Assembly: GCA_963575745.1 (NCBI GenBank)
Contig: CAUYUJ010000170.1
Coordinates: forward strand, 1 to 64,000
Origin: Prorocentrum cordatum
Lineage: Eukaryota
DNA: 64,000 nucleotides
Direction: 5' to 3'
Numbering within the stretch: position 1 is the stretch's first letter; each line of letters opens with the position of its first letter. Shown one piece after another: positions 23,591 through 36,885 of the stretch. The position numbers and the translations under genes are program-made. A model generated the notes under the pieces. It did not search any database. It had not been told where the DNA came from and saw nothing but the letters and a program-made list of their open reading frames with translations.

Positions 23591-24988
23591 CAGAGGAGGA
23601 GGAGGAGGAGGAGGAGGAGGAGGAGGAGAAAGAGGAGGAGGAGGAGGAGGAGGAGGAGGAGGAGGACCAAGAGGCCAGAGGTGCGCGGGGGAGGTGTGCG
23701 GGGGCCAGTGCCCGCCAGTGCGGTCCCCCCGAGGAGCGCCCAGGCGAGCGGCGCGGAGGAGGAGCTCCCCAGGCGCGCTGGTGGCGCAGGTCGGGGAGGT
23801 CCGCGCAAGGCGGTGCCCGCCGCCCCGCGCGCCCGCGAGGGGTCGGGCGGAGAGCTGCCACGGGCGACGCAGGGGCGCCTGTCCTCCTCCTCCTCCTCCT
23901 CCTCTCCTCCTCCTCCTCCTCCTCCTCCTCCTCCTCCTCCTCCTCCTCCTCCTCCTCCTCCTCCCCTCCCTTCCTCCTCGGTCGGCTGGTCGGCGGGTCG
24001 GTCCAACTCCAGGCCGTGGGCGACACGGTGGCGCCTCCCCGACCCGCGGGCGGGCGCGCTTCCCTGGCCCGGGCGTTGGCCGTGCTGGGTTTGGCCGCCC
24101 CGCGAGCCCGCGAGGGGGGCGGGCGGAAGCCTGCCGCGGGCGACGAGGTGGCGCCTCCCCGATCCGCGGGCGGGCGTGCTTCCCTGGCCAGGTTGTTGGC
24201 CGTGCTGGGTCTCGTGAAGTGTATCTGGGGACGTCCATCCCGCCCCATTCGTTCCACTCGGCGGAACTGCCGTCGCACGAAGGAACGTCAGCTACGGCAG
24301 ACTTGGTCCAGCGATTCGGGTATGTTGCGGGGGTCTCTGGGGCCCCATCGCTAAACGGCTCCCCTCAATTACTTGGGGTCCCGGCTATATCCGATCGGCG
24401 CCCTCCTGGCCAGCGGGACGGCGCGGACACCGTTCTGCGGGCATCTGCCAAAAGATGTCACCGCGACCTCGGCAGAACTGCAGTGGCCGCTCTGCGGTTC
24501 CTGGCCGCGCGCCACCGGCCCTCTTCCCCGGCAGACCTCCGGCGCCCCTCGCAGAGATCGGGGGCGGCAGGCCCGTCACCGAGCTTCTGGCCGCTGGGGG
24601 GCTGAATTTTCGTTTTGATTCAGTCTTGTCGGTCGTTTTGCCGTTCGTTGTGCCCTGCCAGTTTTCCTGTACCTCCCTGCCGAAACGAGAAACCAGACAC
24701 AGCCGAAGACCAGCAAAACAGCGTCCAGGTACAGCCCTGGGCTAGTTTGGGCCTCGGGGCCGTCAGAAAGCGACTCGGGATGAGCAGCAGGCGCCCCGGG
24801 GGAGCGCGTCGAGAAGAGCGAGGCGCCGGACGACTGGGGCCCCCTCCGTCCCAGAGGCCACGGTTTGCCCCCCCCCCCCCCCCCACCCCCCCACCCACCC
24901 TCTGGAGGTTCGAGGAGGGCGGTTCTGGAAGGTCTTCGGACGACTTGGACCTCTGTTGGCACTCGTTGGGCCTCCGAGGGCCTCTGCA

Positions 24989-25180
24989 TCGGGGGCGTCC
25001 AAGAGGGGGGCGTTCAAAAGGGGGGTGCAAATCATGGCCGGCAGCATGTGCGCGGCCCAGGGGGGGGGGCCATGGACGTAATGAAATAATGAGAGGCGCC
25101 ATGAAGTCTGGAGAAATATCATGGCCCACGCCATGTGATGTCGCCCCCCCAGTCATCACCCCCCTCTTTGTCGCCCCCGA
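24989..25180. mobile_element. MITE, TCGG...CCGA termini, 5-bp TSD ctgca
   Basis: ctgca at 24984-24988 and 25181-25185; TIR tcgggggcgtccaagagggggg / cccccctctttgtcgcccccga. Confidence 0.75.
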
Positions 25181-26054
25181 CTGCAGACGCCTGGGCATGC
25201 TAGGATCCGGGGCAGCAGCAAGCCTTACCATCGCCCTCGGATCCCTCCCAGGCACCATCCTGACCTGCCTTTCGAGCGGCAGCCCGTCGTGGCCACGGGA
25301 AGGAAGCAAGACGCGCTCTGCCTCCCTCCCATCCCCCGCCCCTCCTCGCTCCTCGCTCCTCGCTCCTCGAGCCTCCCTCCTCTCTCGCTCCTCCTCCTCT
25401 TTCTCCTCCTCCTGCTGCTCCTCCTTCTCCTGCTCCTCCTCCTCCTCCTCCTCCTGCTGCTCATCCTTCTCCTCCTCCTCGTTCTCCTCGTCCTCGTCCT
25501 CGTCCTCCTTCTCGTCCTCCTTGTCCTCGTTCTTTTTCTGCTTCGTATTATTCGTATTCTTCGTCTCCTCCTCCTCCTCGTCAAATCGGGTAGGAGTTAA
25601 CCTGGGGCAATTAAGCGGGGGGGTAATCGGGAGTGCAGGAAAACTGAACTGCCACCCTTTTTATCGAAAAGGTGCAGACGTCCGACAACATGTCTTGCAG
25701 TCGGTGTTCTCTGAGCTGTGGACCCTTCCCTGGGGGTATTTTTCTGGTCCAGGGTACAGTAGTGATGGCACGGCCTCCCGACGCCGAGCTTGAGGAAAGC
25801 ACATCAGGATTGAAACAGACAATCCTCCAGATGTCTACAGTATTCGGCCTGACCTGAGGAACGATACGTAAGGATCGAAGCCTTTGTTTTGGAAAGGTGG
25901 TCTACGAAGTCCGAAGAAACACCAAGGGGGCTCGCCGCCAAAAGGATAGCGGAGAACATGCAAACAAAAGGAACGACCGAACCCATTCTTGAAAGTAAGT
26001 GTTCCTCATTCAAGCTGGACCCTGTAGATGTCTATGTTCTGCACCTCTCGCCTG

Positions 26055-26271
26055 CGGTCGGGAACTTTTGCTTATCGCGTGTCGCGGCGGCAGCCCCGGC
26101 GACACGCTGTGCCCTGCGAGCGGATGGCGTGTCGCTCCGCTCGGCGGGGCGGGAGGTCGAGAAATGCTCGGGACGTTGACGATTGGGGACTGGGACATGG
26201 ATGCCCTGTGCCGCGCCGAGGCGTGGTAGCAGAACTGGAAGCGCGGCACGTTAAGCCAAAGTTCCTGACCG
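26055..26271. mobile_element. ~215-bp MITE family, copy 2
   Basis: TIR cggtcgggaactt / aagttcctgaccg, followed by TA. Confidence 0.8.
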
Positions 26272-27778
26272 TACTTCCAGACGTCCGACAGCGTCATTAT
26301 TTTAATCGATGGCCCCACAGCTGTGGACTCCTTCCCTGGGGTGGTGCTTCTTTTCCAAGATATATGCGGGATGGCCTTGGGACGCGGAAGCGGCCTCCCC
26401 CAACGCCGAGATTAAGGGAAGCACGCCAAGATTGAAACAGATAACGCTTGAAACATCTCTGTTCTAACCCCCCCGTCTATCATCCACCTCCGCTACCTTC
26501 AAGCCAACTAAGAATAAAAAGTTCCCCAACGAAGCACCCTGTTAGCAGCAAAAGTGAAGGGGCGGGACAAGGGCGAGAGCTGCCGGAGCGGGGGTGTGGC
26601 CACGGCCATGCGCACGTACGTCTTACTGGGGATCGTGGCCGTCCGCACGCACAATGCGGCTGTCACTGTGAAGCGAGAGCATGGCAATTGAGGAGGCCCA
26701 GGCGAGCGCGCGTCGAAAGGACCCCCCCCAAGAGAAAAGCCGGGAGTGGTACGGCGCTCGCGCGGCCGCAGCCCCGCCGCGGGACAGTCCCCCCGAAGCG
26801 AGAGGACCCCGAAGACAGCAGCCTCGCGGAGAAGGGCAGCGGCGCAGCGGCGGCGAAGCGTCAAGGCAGCTGGAGGGATGGACCAGGAGCGGCGATGGAG
26901 GGGGGGCGGTTGGAGGGGAGGGGAAATGGGGGGTGGCAGAGGAGCAGAGCCGCGCGGTCTTGGACAGTGCCCAACTCGCGCCGCGAGCGAACTGAGCAGA
27001 AGGGCGGGGGCGAAGCGCTTCGCCGCCTGCTGTGGCGCGGCAAAGCGAAAAAAAGATGCAGCGTTACGCTGCGCCGGGCAACCGGCGACTGCGGCGAGTG
27101 AAAGCCGGCCGCGTCGAACGAAGGGGGAAGCCCCCCCTGGGCGCGACAAACGAGGGCGTTGCCACTGCAATGGAATAGCCGCAGACACGCGCACGCCCGT
27201 GGAAAAAGACGGGCCCGCGCGTCGAAACGAGGATATCGCCACGCAGCGCAGCGCGATTGCAAAGCAGAAAACACGCACGCGCGTCAACGCGAAACCGCCG
27301 CCACGCAGCGCAGCGCGACTGCGAGGCAGAACAGGGGCGCGTCGCAACAAGATAACCGCCGCACTGTGCAGCACGACTGCGAAGCAGACAAAATATGTCG
27401 AAACGACGATGCCGCCACAGTGCAGAATGACTGCGAAGCCGAAGCACAAGTGTCAAAAAATTAAATTGCAAAGTTCCAATGTAAAGCGCGCTGAATACGC
27501 AGCCCCCTACGACACGAGGGCGCTGGGGGCGAGCATTAGCAAACCGAAGGTGCCCTGACCAATACGAGTCGCGATCCACAACTTCGCCGCAGACACGCTT
27601 CTGAGGCCCGCGGCCCCCCCCCCGGCAACAATCCCAGCCAAATCCCGGCCGCCGCCGGGCAATGTCCCAGCCAAATCCCCGCCGCGGCCTCGCCGCGGCC
27701 CCGCCGCCGCCCAGCCGCGGTCCAGCCTCCGCCCAACCGCCGCTCCCCCCAAAAAACTGCCACCCCTTTTTTTATATG

Positions 27779-27809
<31 letters not shown>

Positions 27810-29679
27810 ATATATATATATATACAACAAAAAAAAACGCCAGCAAAATCCCAGCCGCATACCCGCCGCGGCCCCGCCGCGGCCCCGCCGCCGCCCAGCC
27901 GCCGCCAAGCCGCATCCCAGCCGCGGGCCTCTCCCCGGGGGCCCCTACGTGGCCTCATGGGACCTCGCAGGATGGAGGGGCGCGATGGGAAACACGAGGT
28001 TCGCGACGGAGGAACACGGCTGCAGGAGGGGGCAGGAAGACCGCCCGGAGCGAAGGGCGGGAGGAACGGCAAGGAGGGCGCGAAAGGAAGGCGGGAAGGC
28101 GACGAGGGGAATAAGGAGGAGGAGAGAGGCGGAAGGAGGACGGACGAGGGAGGCTAGAGGGAAGACAACGTAAGACAGGAAGAGGAAAAGAGGAGGGACC
28201 ACCGATCCATCGATGAGGATTGAGAAATGACAAACCTAAGGAGGACAAGGGCAGGGGGGAGAGGATAAGGTATTGGGCCTGCGCATAACTGGGAAGACAT
28301 ACTAGTGACGTGAAGAAGAAGAGGGAACTGTTGGCGACAACGAATACGACAATGAGAATGGAAGCAAGTCGTAACATACTTGTCTGGATGTATTTGGTTC
28401 GATGTGGACCTCCGCAACTGTGGGATACAACGTTATTGGGCCGCCGCATGTTCACCGCGGCGAACGGCAGCGTCGGCGCCAGGGCCGGCGCGCGCGAAAC
28501 GCACCGGAGAAACTCGACAAATTCAAATGACGAAGCGCGCACGAAAGGCCCCGAAGCGGACGCAGTTGTAACGATTCGGCGCCGTTCGCTACGACGACAT
28601 CGCTGGCTGCGCAAGCCTGACACAAGCACGCGCGAGAGACTGCCGCGCCATAGCCACGCTAAACGCGCATTCCAAAAAGCCAGCTGCAAGGAAAAAAAAA
28701 CACGCGCAAAGATGTGCGAGAGCACGGGTGGGGTCAGCTGGATGTTGGCTTTGTTTCTGTTCGAATTACACTTGGGGGGAGTCATTTTTCGCCTGGGCCT
28801 CCTCAATGGCAATGTTCATATAGCTCAACGACTACAGAATTGAATTACATACGAATTGAAAAATCAAGTAAAATTTTACTTGGTGTTTTTTGTTCACGAT
28901 GGGGAAGGCTGGAAAATATGATGCTGATGAATGGGGGCGGGCGATGTGAGAGATCCGAAGACATGTGAGGCGGGATCGAACCAGGGAGGATACGATTGAG
29001 AATGATGATGTGCCAGAGGGACATTAGAAGAGTAGGGGAAGGACGGCGCCGACGGTCGGCATGGCTGGAGTGGCGCGTGGGAACCACGCCCGCCTCATGT
29101 CGCAGCAAGCAACTGCGGCAACGTCGCCCATCGAGGCTGCATGTGGCTCAGGCACGTCCGTGAGATTTTGAACTTTGTGTGAGGCCACAATCCTGAACAT
29201 TTCGTTGGATGCGAAAAACAAAACAAAACAGCAATGACATGGGCGCGGGCACCTCCTTATTCCCCCTCCCTAAGTAAGAGAGGAGTAGACAACGCGCGCA
29301 TCACCGCTAGAGTATGCACATTATAGAAATAAAGCAGGGTACCGATACGCGTCACAGAGCAGCAGACTGGACGTAATCTCCATAGGGGAGGAATAGACCA
29401 GAGAAAACACGAGAGTTAGTGCATGCGTCGAGCAAGTTTGTTCCAGTAATGCGGAAGGTGAATCGAGTACGACTGGCTCCTGAGCAACGAAGCGCGAAAC
29501 CCACATGAGCACCGACGAGTACTCCAGAACAGGAAGGAGTCATGTGAAACCAGTGTGTGGCATGTGGTAGTAGGACGACGTAGAGCTGGTATATACTCAT
29601 CGTGACGAAAAGCCATACCATGTGCAATTGGGAGCGCAGCATTTGTGAACACCCTCCTCGGTGAAACCTCCTACGGGGC

Positions 29680-31010
29680 AACGCATCGGCAAGTGTCACT
29701 GGCGCGTCCCTTTCAGCTCCACATGCGGCTACGAAGCGCGCGCGGGGTGCGCCACAATGCGTGTGTGTGTGTGTGTGGTCTGTGTGTGTTGGTGTGTGTG
29801 TGTGTGCGTGCGTGCGCGTGTCTGTGTGTGTGTGTTGGTGTGTGTGGTGTGTATAAGTGTGGTGCTGGTGGTGGTGGGTGGTGGTGGTGGTGGTGGTGGC
29901 GATGGTGGTGGTGGTGGTGGTGGTATGTGCGTGTGTGTGCGCGTGTGTGTGCGTGCGTGTGTGTGTGTGTGTGTGTTGATGCTGGTGGTCGCGGTGGGTG
30001 GGCGGGCGGAGTGAATGGGAGGGTGTGGGGGGAGGGGGCGGGAAGGGGGGGGGGCATGCTAACGTCGTCACTTGGGCCTTAGATGGGGCTCCTCATGGGC
30101 CACGAGCCGTCTGAGGGGCGCGTCGTAACGGGCGACGCGGGCGCGCGTAAACGTCGCCGTCGGGGCTTCAAGCGAGGCCCCCCGTGGGGCCACGGGACGC
30201 GTTAGCGGTGCGCCGTGATGCGTGGCGCGGGCGCACGCAGAGGTCGCCAGTGGAGCTATAGGCGGAGCTCCCTACGCGGCCACGAACCGCGTGAGCGGTG
30301 TGCCCTTCTTGGGGGCGCGGGCGCGTGCATACGTCGGCGCTGGGGCCTTACGTGGGCCTCCCTATGGGGCCGCGGACCGTGCGAAGTGTGCGCCGTAATG
30401 AATGGCGCGGGCGCATGTGCACGTCGCCATTGGGGCCTTCGGCGGCGCTCGCTTTGGGGCCATGAACACTGTGACAGGCGCGCCGTCATGGGCGGCGCAA
30501 GCGCATGCAAACATCGCCGGTGGTGCCGTACAGGGAGCTCGCTGCGTGGCCACGAACGGCGCGCGGGTGCGCTGTCATGGGCTGCGCGGGCGCATGTAAA
30601 CGCCGCCGCTGAGGCCTTCGGTGGAGCACCCTATGGAGCGTTGGCGCATGTAACATCGCCACTGCGGTCTTGGGTGGAGCTCCCCATGACGGCACGAAAC
30701 GTTTGAGGGGCGCGCCGTTGCGGGCGGCGCGGACGCATGTGGACGTCGCCACTGGGTGGATTTGGCGGAGCCCCCCATGGGGCTGCGGACCGCGCGAGGG
30801 GCGCGTCGCCATGGGTGGCGCCGACGTATGTCAACGTCGCCGCGGGGGCTTTACGTGGGGATCCGTACGGGGCCATGAAGCGCGTGATGGGTGCGCCGTA
30901 ATGGGCGGCGCGGACGCATGCAGACGTCGCCACTGGGAACTCGCATGCAATTCCCTACGCGGCCACGAAGCGCGTGGAGGGGTGCGCCGACATTGACGCA
31001 CGGAGCGCAG
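29680..31010 (+). repeat. (GT)n/(GGT)n tract followed by degenerate ~90-bp tandem repeat (ggggccacgaaccgcg..aatgggcggcgcggacgcatg)
   Basis: Same family recurs at 45280-46260. Confidence 0.8.
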
Positions 31011-31909
31011 GACAGGGGCGGGATGATTGGGGGGAGGGGGAGGGCGGGAAGTAAGGTGACGCGTGGCGCCGTCGCTTCAGACCGAGGGCCCCGACGCAGA
31101 ATTGCTTTGGGAACTGATGCAGTGGGGGTTGCAGAGGGCATGGCAGAAGTGCACAAACCTGTTGGAACAAGGGACGGGGTTGGGCAGACGCACTGCGGCC
31201 CTGGGCTCGCGCGATCGCGACGTAGGCCTTGTGGGCCGACAAGCAACCCGACGCTTCCCAGGCAGCGGGGCAACGCTGTGGGATGCTGCGCCGCGGCGCG
31301 TCAACGATGTCTTCCAGCATGGCAATTGCAATCAGAGCCCGTCGGCGAAGAATGGCGAAAGTAGAGCGGGAGGAGCGTCCGATCGGAATATGGATTGCAT
31401 TGGCAGGGCAAAACCAAACTAGAACCCCCCCCGCCTCCTTCCCCCTCCCGCATGTGCCCCCCCCCCCTTCCCGTTCGCAACGCCCCGCCCGCCGCTGCCC
31501 CGCTCCCCCCCGGCGGCCCACCGCCGCTTTCCCGCGCGCTGCCAAGCCCGCGCGCCATCAGGCCCTGTCGGCCGCAAGCCAAGCTCAACCATCTCCCTTA
31601 TCGCCCCCTGCCGCTCGCCCACGGCGCCCGCCGGTATCCGCGGCGCGCCTTGCAATCGCTCGCTGCCCGCCTCTGCGCTTCCACGTCGGGCATGCTCGGG
31701 GTCGGCCATCGGGCGGCGTCACCGCCCCGAAAGGCCCCGCGCCCTCGACCAATCACCCCGGCGCAACATGCGCAACCGCTTGCCCGCCGCAGCCGCCCGC
31801 TCGCCCGCCTGGGAGGGGGGGGGGCACGGGGTGCCAAGGCGCACACGCCTGATGTGCCGCCAAGGTTCGCACCGAAATATAATACGGAAAGGCCCGCTCC
31901 GCAATCGGC

Positions 31910-32236
31910 GGAGGGGAGGGGGGGGGGAAGTAGGGGGGGGAAACGATCGCGAAGGGGCGGGGGGGGGGAGGGGGGCGTCGTTAAATCGAAAAGCCGGGGG
32001 GGGGGGGGGGGGGAATCTGAAGGACGGGGGCGGGAAAGGGGGGGGCTCTGCAAAAACTGGAAGGACGGGAAAGGGGGGGGGGAAAGGGGGGCGGGCGGGG
32101 GGGGGCTTTTTGCAAAAATAAGAAGGACGGCGAGGGGGGGGCGATGGGGGGGGGGATTTTGCACATATTGGAGACGGCGGGGATTTCGCAAAAATCTACA
32201 GGACGGGGGCGAGCGGGGACTTTGCGCAAATCGGAC
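31910..32236. repeat. G-run-rich ~31-bp repeat (gggggctttgcaaaaatcggaaggacg), resuming at 37498-37800
   Basis: The same repeat flanks both sides of the 32239-37495 insertion. Confidence 0.8.
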
Positions 32237-32497
32237 TACAGGCAGAGTCCATTGCACAGGACACGCGACAGGACACAAGACTCTTCCGACGGCAACATGA
32301 CCTCCCAGAACCACAGGACACAAGGGCACCCTCTCGGGGCCGCGACCGCGGTCACCCGCGGCCGACCCGCGCCCCCGCGACGGGGGGCCAACGTCGGACA
32401 GGACACCAAGGGTGTCCGACAGGCCGCGCCGCCCACCGCGCAGAAAAGTAAATCATGATGCGCCGCGCGCGCCCACCTCCCTCTGGGGGCGGTCACG

Positions 32498-32940
32498 CGA
32501 CCTGTCGCCATGGCAGAAGACCAGAGAACATGGGCGCGGACGCGGACGGCGCAAACGAGAGGACGCGCAGACCACCCTCCCGCGGGAGAGCGACCTGTCG
32601 CAATGGCAGAAGACCAGAGAACATGGGCGCGGACGCGGACGGCGCAAACGAGAGGACGCGCAGACCACCCTCCCGCGGGAAAGCGACCTCTCGCCATGGC
32701 AGAAGACCAGAGAACATGGGCGCGGACGCGGACGGCGCAAACGAGAGGACGCGCAGACCACCCTCCCGCGGGAGAGCGACCTGCCTCCATGGCAGGAGAC
32801 CAGAGAACATGGGCGCGGACGCGGACGGCGCAAACGAGAGGACGCGCAGACCACCATTCCGCGGGAGAGCGACCTGTCGCCATGGCAGAAGACCAGAGAG
32901 AATTGGCGCGGACGCGGACGGAACAAACGAGAGGACGCGC
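32498..32940 (+). repeat. 93-bp tandem repeat x5 in element copy 1
   Basis: cgacct starts at 32498, 32591, 32684, 32777 and 32870. Confidence 0.95.
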
Positions 32941-35900
32941 GTGGGGACTTCTGTATTGCTCACAATAGAAAAGTCGACATTTCCGTCGGCCTCCTTAAAG
33001 GCCCACAGAAATTTCAAATTCAGTTTTTGCAATTACATGGCAGTTTCTTTATTGTGGACAATACAGAACTCCTCACGCGCGCGCGCGTGGGGACTTCTGT
33101 ATTGTTCGCAATAGCAAAGTCGACATTTCCGTCGGCCTCTTTAAAGGGCCACAGAAATTTCAATCTTAGTTTTTCGAATTACATGGCGGCTTTTCTATTG
33201 TGGACAATACCGAACTCCTCGCGCGCGCGCGTGGGGACTTCTATATTGTTCACAATAGAAAAGTTGACATTTCCGCCGGCCTCCTTGATGGCCCACAGAA
33301 GTTTCAAATTCAGTTTCTGGAATTACATGGCGGCTTCTCTATTGTGGACAATACAGAACTCCTCACGCGCGCGCGCGTGCGGGGACTTCTGCATTGTTCG
33401 CAGTAGAAAAGTCGGCATTTCCGTCGGCCTCCTTACCCACAGAAATTTCAAATTCAGTTTTTGCAATTACATGGTGGCTTCTTTATTGTGGACAATACAG
33501 AACTCCTCACGCGCGCGCGCGCGCTCGCACGCGCGCGCGGACGCGCGCGCGTCCGCGCGCGCAGGCGCGTGCGGACTTTCTGTATTGTCCACAATAGAAA
33601 AATCGACAGTTCCGTCGGCCTCCCTAAAGGGCCACAGCAATTTAAAATTCAGTTTTTGGAATTACATGGCGGCTTTTCTATTGTGGACAATACAGAACTC
33701 CTCACGCGCGCGCGCTGACGCGCGCGCGCTGACGGGGGAATTCTGTATGGTTGACAATAGAAAAGTCGAGATTGTCGTCTGCCTCCTTAAGGCGCCACAG
33801 AAATTTCAAATTCAGTTTTTGGAATAAAATGGCGGCTTCTCTATTGTGCACAATACAGAATTCCTCACGCGCGCGCGCGGACGCGCGCGCGTCCGCGCGC
33901 GCGCGCGTGGGGACTTCTGTATTGTCCACAATAGAAATGTCGACATTTCCGTCGGCCTCCTTACAAGCCCACAGAAATTTCAAATTCAGTTTTTACAATT
34001 ACAAAATGGTTTCTCTGTTGTGGGCAATACAGAACTCCTCACGCGCCCGCGCGCGCGGGGACTTCTGTATTGTCCACAATAGAAAAGACGACATTTCCGT
34101 CGGCCTTCTCAAAAGGCAACAGAAACTTCAAATTCAGTTTTTCGAATTACATGGCGGCTTTTCTATTGTTAACAGTACAGAACTCCTCACACGCGCGCGC
34201 GCGTGGGGACTTCTGTATTGTCCAGAATAGAAAAGTCCACGTTTCCGTCGGCCTCCTTAACGGGCCACAGAAATTTCAAATTCAGCTTCTTTTTGGAATT
34301 ACAAGTTTGCTTTTCTATTGTGGACAATACAGAACTCCACGCGCGCGCGTGCGCGTGGACGCGCGCGCGTCCGCGCGCGCGCGTGGGGACTTCTGCATTG
34401 TCCGCAATACAAAAATCGACATGTCCGTCGGCCTCATCAAAGAGCCACAGAAATTTCAAATTCAGATGTTGGAAATACATGGCGGCTTTTCTACTAGGGA
34501 CTATACAGAACTCCTCACGCGCGCGCGCGCATGGGGAGTGCTGTATTGTTCACAATCGAAAAATCTACATTTTCAAATTCAGTTTTTGGAATTACATGGC
34601 GGCTTCTCTATTGTGGACAATACAGAAGTCCTCACGCGCGCGCGGGGACTTCTGTATGGTTCACAAAAGAAAAGTCGACATGTCCGACGACCTCCTTAAA
34701 GGGCCACAGAACTTTCAATTTCAGTTTTTGGAAATACATGGCGGCTTTCCTACTGTGGACAATACAGAACTCCTCACGCGCGCGCGCGGACTTCTGTATT
34801 ATTCACAATAGAAAAGTCGGCATTTCCGTCGGCCCCCTTAAAGGCCCACAGAAAATTCTCAAATTCAATGTTTGGAATTACATGGCGGCTTCTCTATTGT
34901 GGACAATACAGAACTCCTCACGCGCGCGCGGTGACTTCCGCATGGTTCACAATAGAAAAGTCGGCATGTCCGTCGGCCTCCTTAAATGGCCACAGAAATC
35001 TCAAATTCAGTTTTTGGAATTACATGGCGGCTTTTCTATTGTGTACAATACAGAACTCCTCACGCGCGCGCGCGTGGGGACTTCTGTATTGTCCACAATA
35101 GAAAAATCGACATTTCCGTCGGCCTCCTTAAAGGCCCACAGGAATTTCAAATTCAGTTTTTGGAATTACATGGCGGCTTCTCTATTGTTGACGATACAGA
35201 ACTCCTCACGCGCGCGCGCGCGCTGACGCGCGCGCTGACGCGCGCGCGCGCGTGGGGACTTCTGTAGTGTTCAGAATAGAGAAGTCGAAATTTTCGTTGG
35301 CATCTTGAAAAGACCACAGAAATTTCACATTCAGTTTTTGGAATTAAGTGGCGGCTTTTCTATTGTGCACAATACAGAACTCCTCACGCGCGCGCGCGCG
35401 CGTGGGGACTTCTGTACTGTCCACAATAGAAAAATCGACATTTCCGTTGGCCTCCTTAAAGGGCCACGGAAATTTCAAATACAGTTTTTGGAATTACAAG
35501 TTTGCTTTTCTATTGTGGACAATACAGAAGAACTCCTCACGCTCGCGCGCGCGGACGCGCGCGCGTCCGCCCGCGCCCGCGCGCGCGGGGACTTCTGCAT
35601 TGTCCACAATAGAAAAGTCGACATTTCCGTCGGCCTCCTTAGAGGGCCACAAAAATTTCACATTCAGTGTTTGGAATTGCATGGCGGCTTTTCTGTTGGA
35701 CAATACAGAACTCCTCACGCGCGCGCGCACGCGCGCGCGTTGGGACTTCTGTAGTGTCCACAATAAAGAAATCGACATTTCCGTCGGCCTCCTTAACGGG
35801 CAACAGAAATTTCAAATTCAGTTTTTGGAATTACATGGCTGCTTTTCTATTGTGGACAATACAGAGCTTCTCACGCGCGCGCGCGTGCGGACTTTCTGTA

Positions 35901-36885
35901 TTGTTCACAAAAGAAAAGTCGACATTTCCGTCGGCCTCCTTGCAGGGCCACACAAATTTCAAATTCAGCGTTTGGAATTGCATGGCGGCTTTTCCATTGG
36001 ACAATACAGAACTCCTCACGCGCGCGCGCGCGGACGCGCGCGCGTCCGCGCGCGCTTGCGCTTGGGGACTTCGGTATTATTCACAATTGAGAAGTCTACA
36101 TTCCCGTCGGCCTCCTTAAAAGCCCCAAGAAATTTCAAATTCAGTTTTGGAAATGACATGGCGGCTTTTCTATTGCGGACAATACAGAACTCCTCACGCG
36201 CGCGCGCGCGGACGCGCGCGCGTCCGCGCGCGCGCGCGTGGGGGCGCATGCATTGTTCACAATAGAAAAGTCGGCATTTCCGTCGGCCCCCTTAAGGGCC
36301 ACAGAAATTTCAAGTTCAGTTTTTGGATTTACATGGCGGCTTTTTTATTGCCGACAATGCAGAACTCCTCACGCGCGCGCGCGCGCGTGGGGATTGCTGT
36401 ATTGTCCACAAAAGAAAAATCTACATTTCCGTCGGCCTCATTAGAAGGGCCACAGAAATTTCAAATTCAGTTTTTGGAATTACATGGCGGCTTTTCTATT
36501 GTTGACAATACAGAACTCCTCACGCGCGCGCGCGCGTGGGGACCTCTGTATTGTCTACAATAGACAAGTCGACATTTCCCTCGGCCTCCTTAAAGGGCCA
36601 CAGAAAATTCAAACTCAGTTTTTTGGAATTACATGGCGGCTTTTCTATTGTGGACAATACAAAACTCCTCACGCGCGCGCGCGCGGACGCGCGCGCGTCC
36701 GCACGCGCCCGCGCGCGTGGGGACTTCTGTATTGTCCACCATGGAAAGTCGGCGCGTCCGTCGGCCTTCTTAAAGGGCCACAGAAATTTCAAATTCAGTT
36801 TTTGGAATTACATGGCAGCTTTTCTGTTGTGGACCATACAGAACTCCTCGCGCGCGCGCCAGCGCGCGTCCGCGCGCGCGCGCGC
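32941..36885. repeat. ~25 palindromic ~145-bp units with (CG)n linkers, array 1
   Basis: gtggggacttctgtattgtccacaatagaaaagtcg ... cggcttttctattgtggacaatacagaactcctcac (36-bp inverted arms). Confidence 0.95.
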
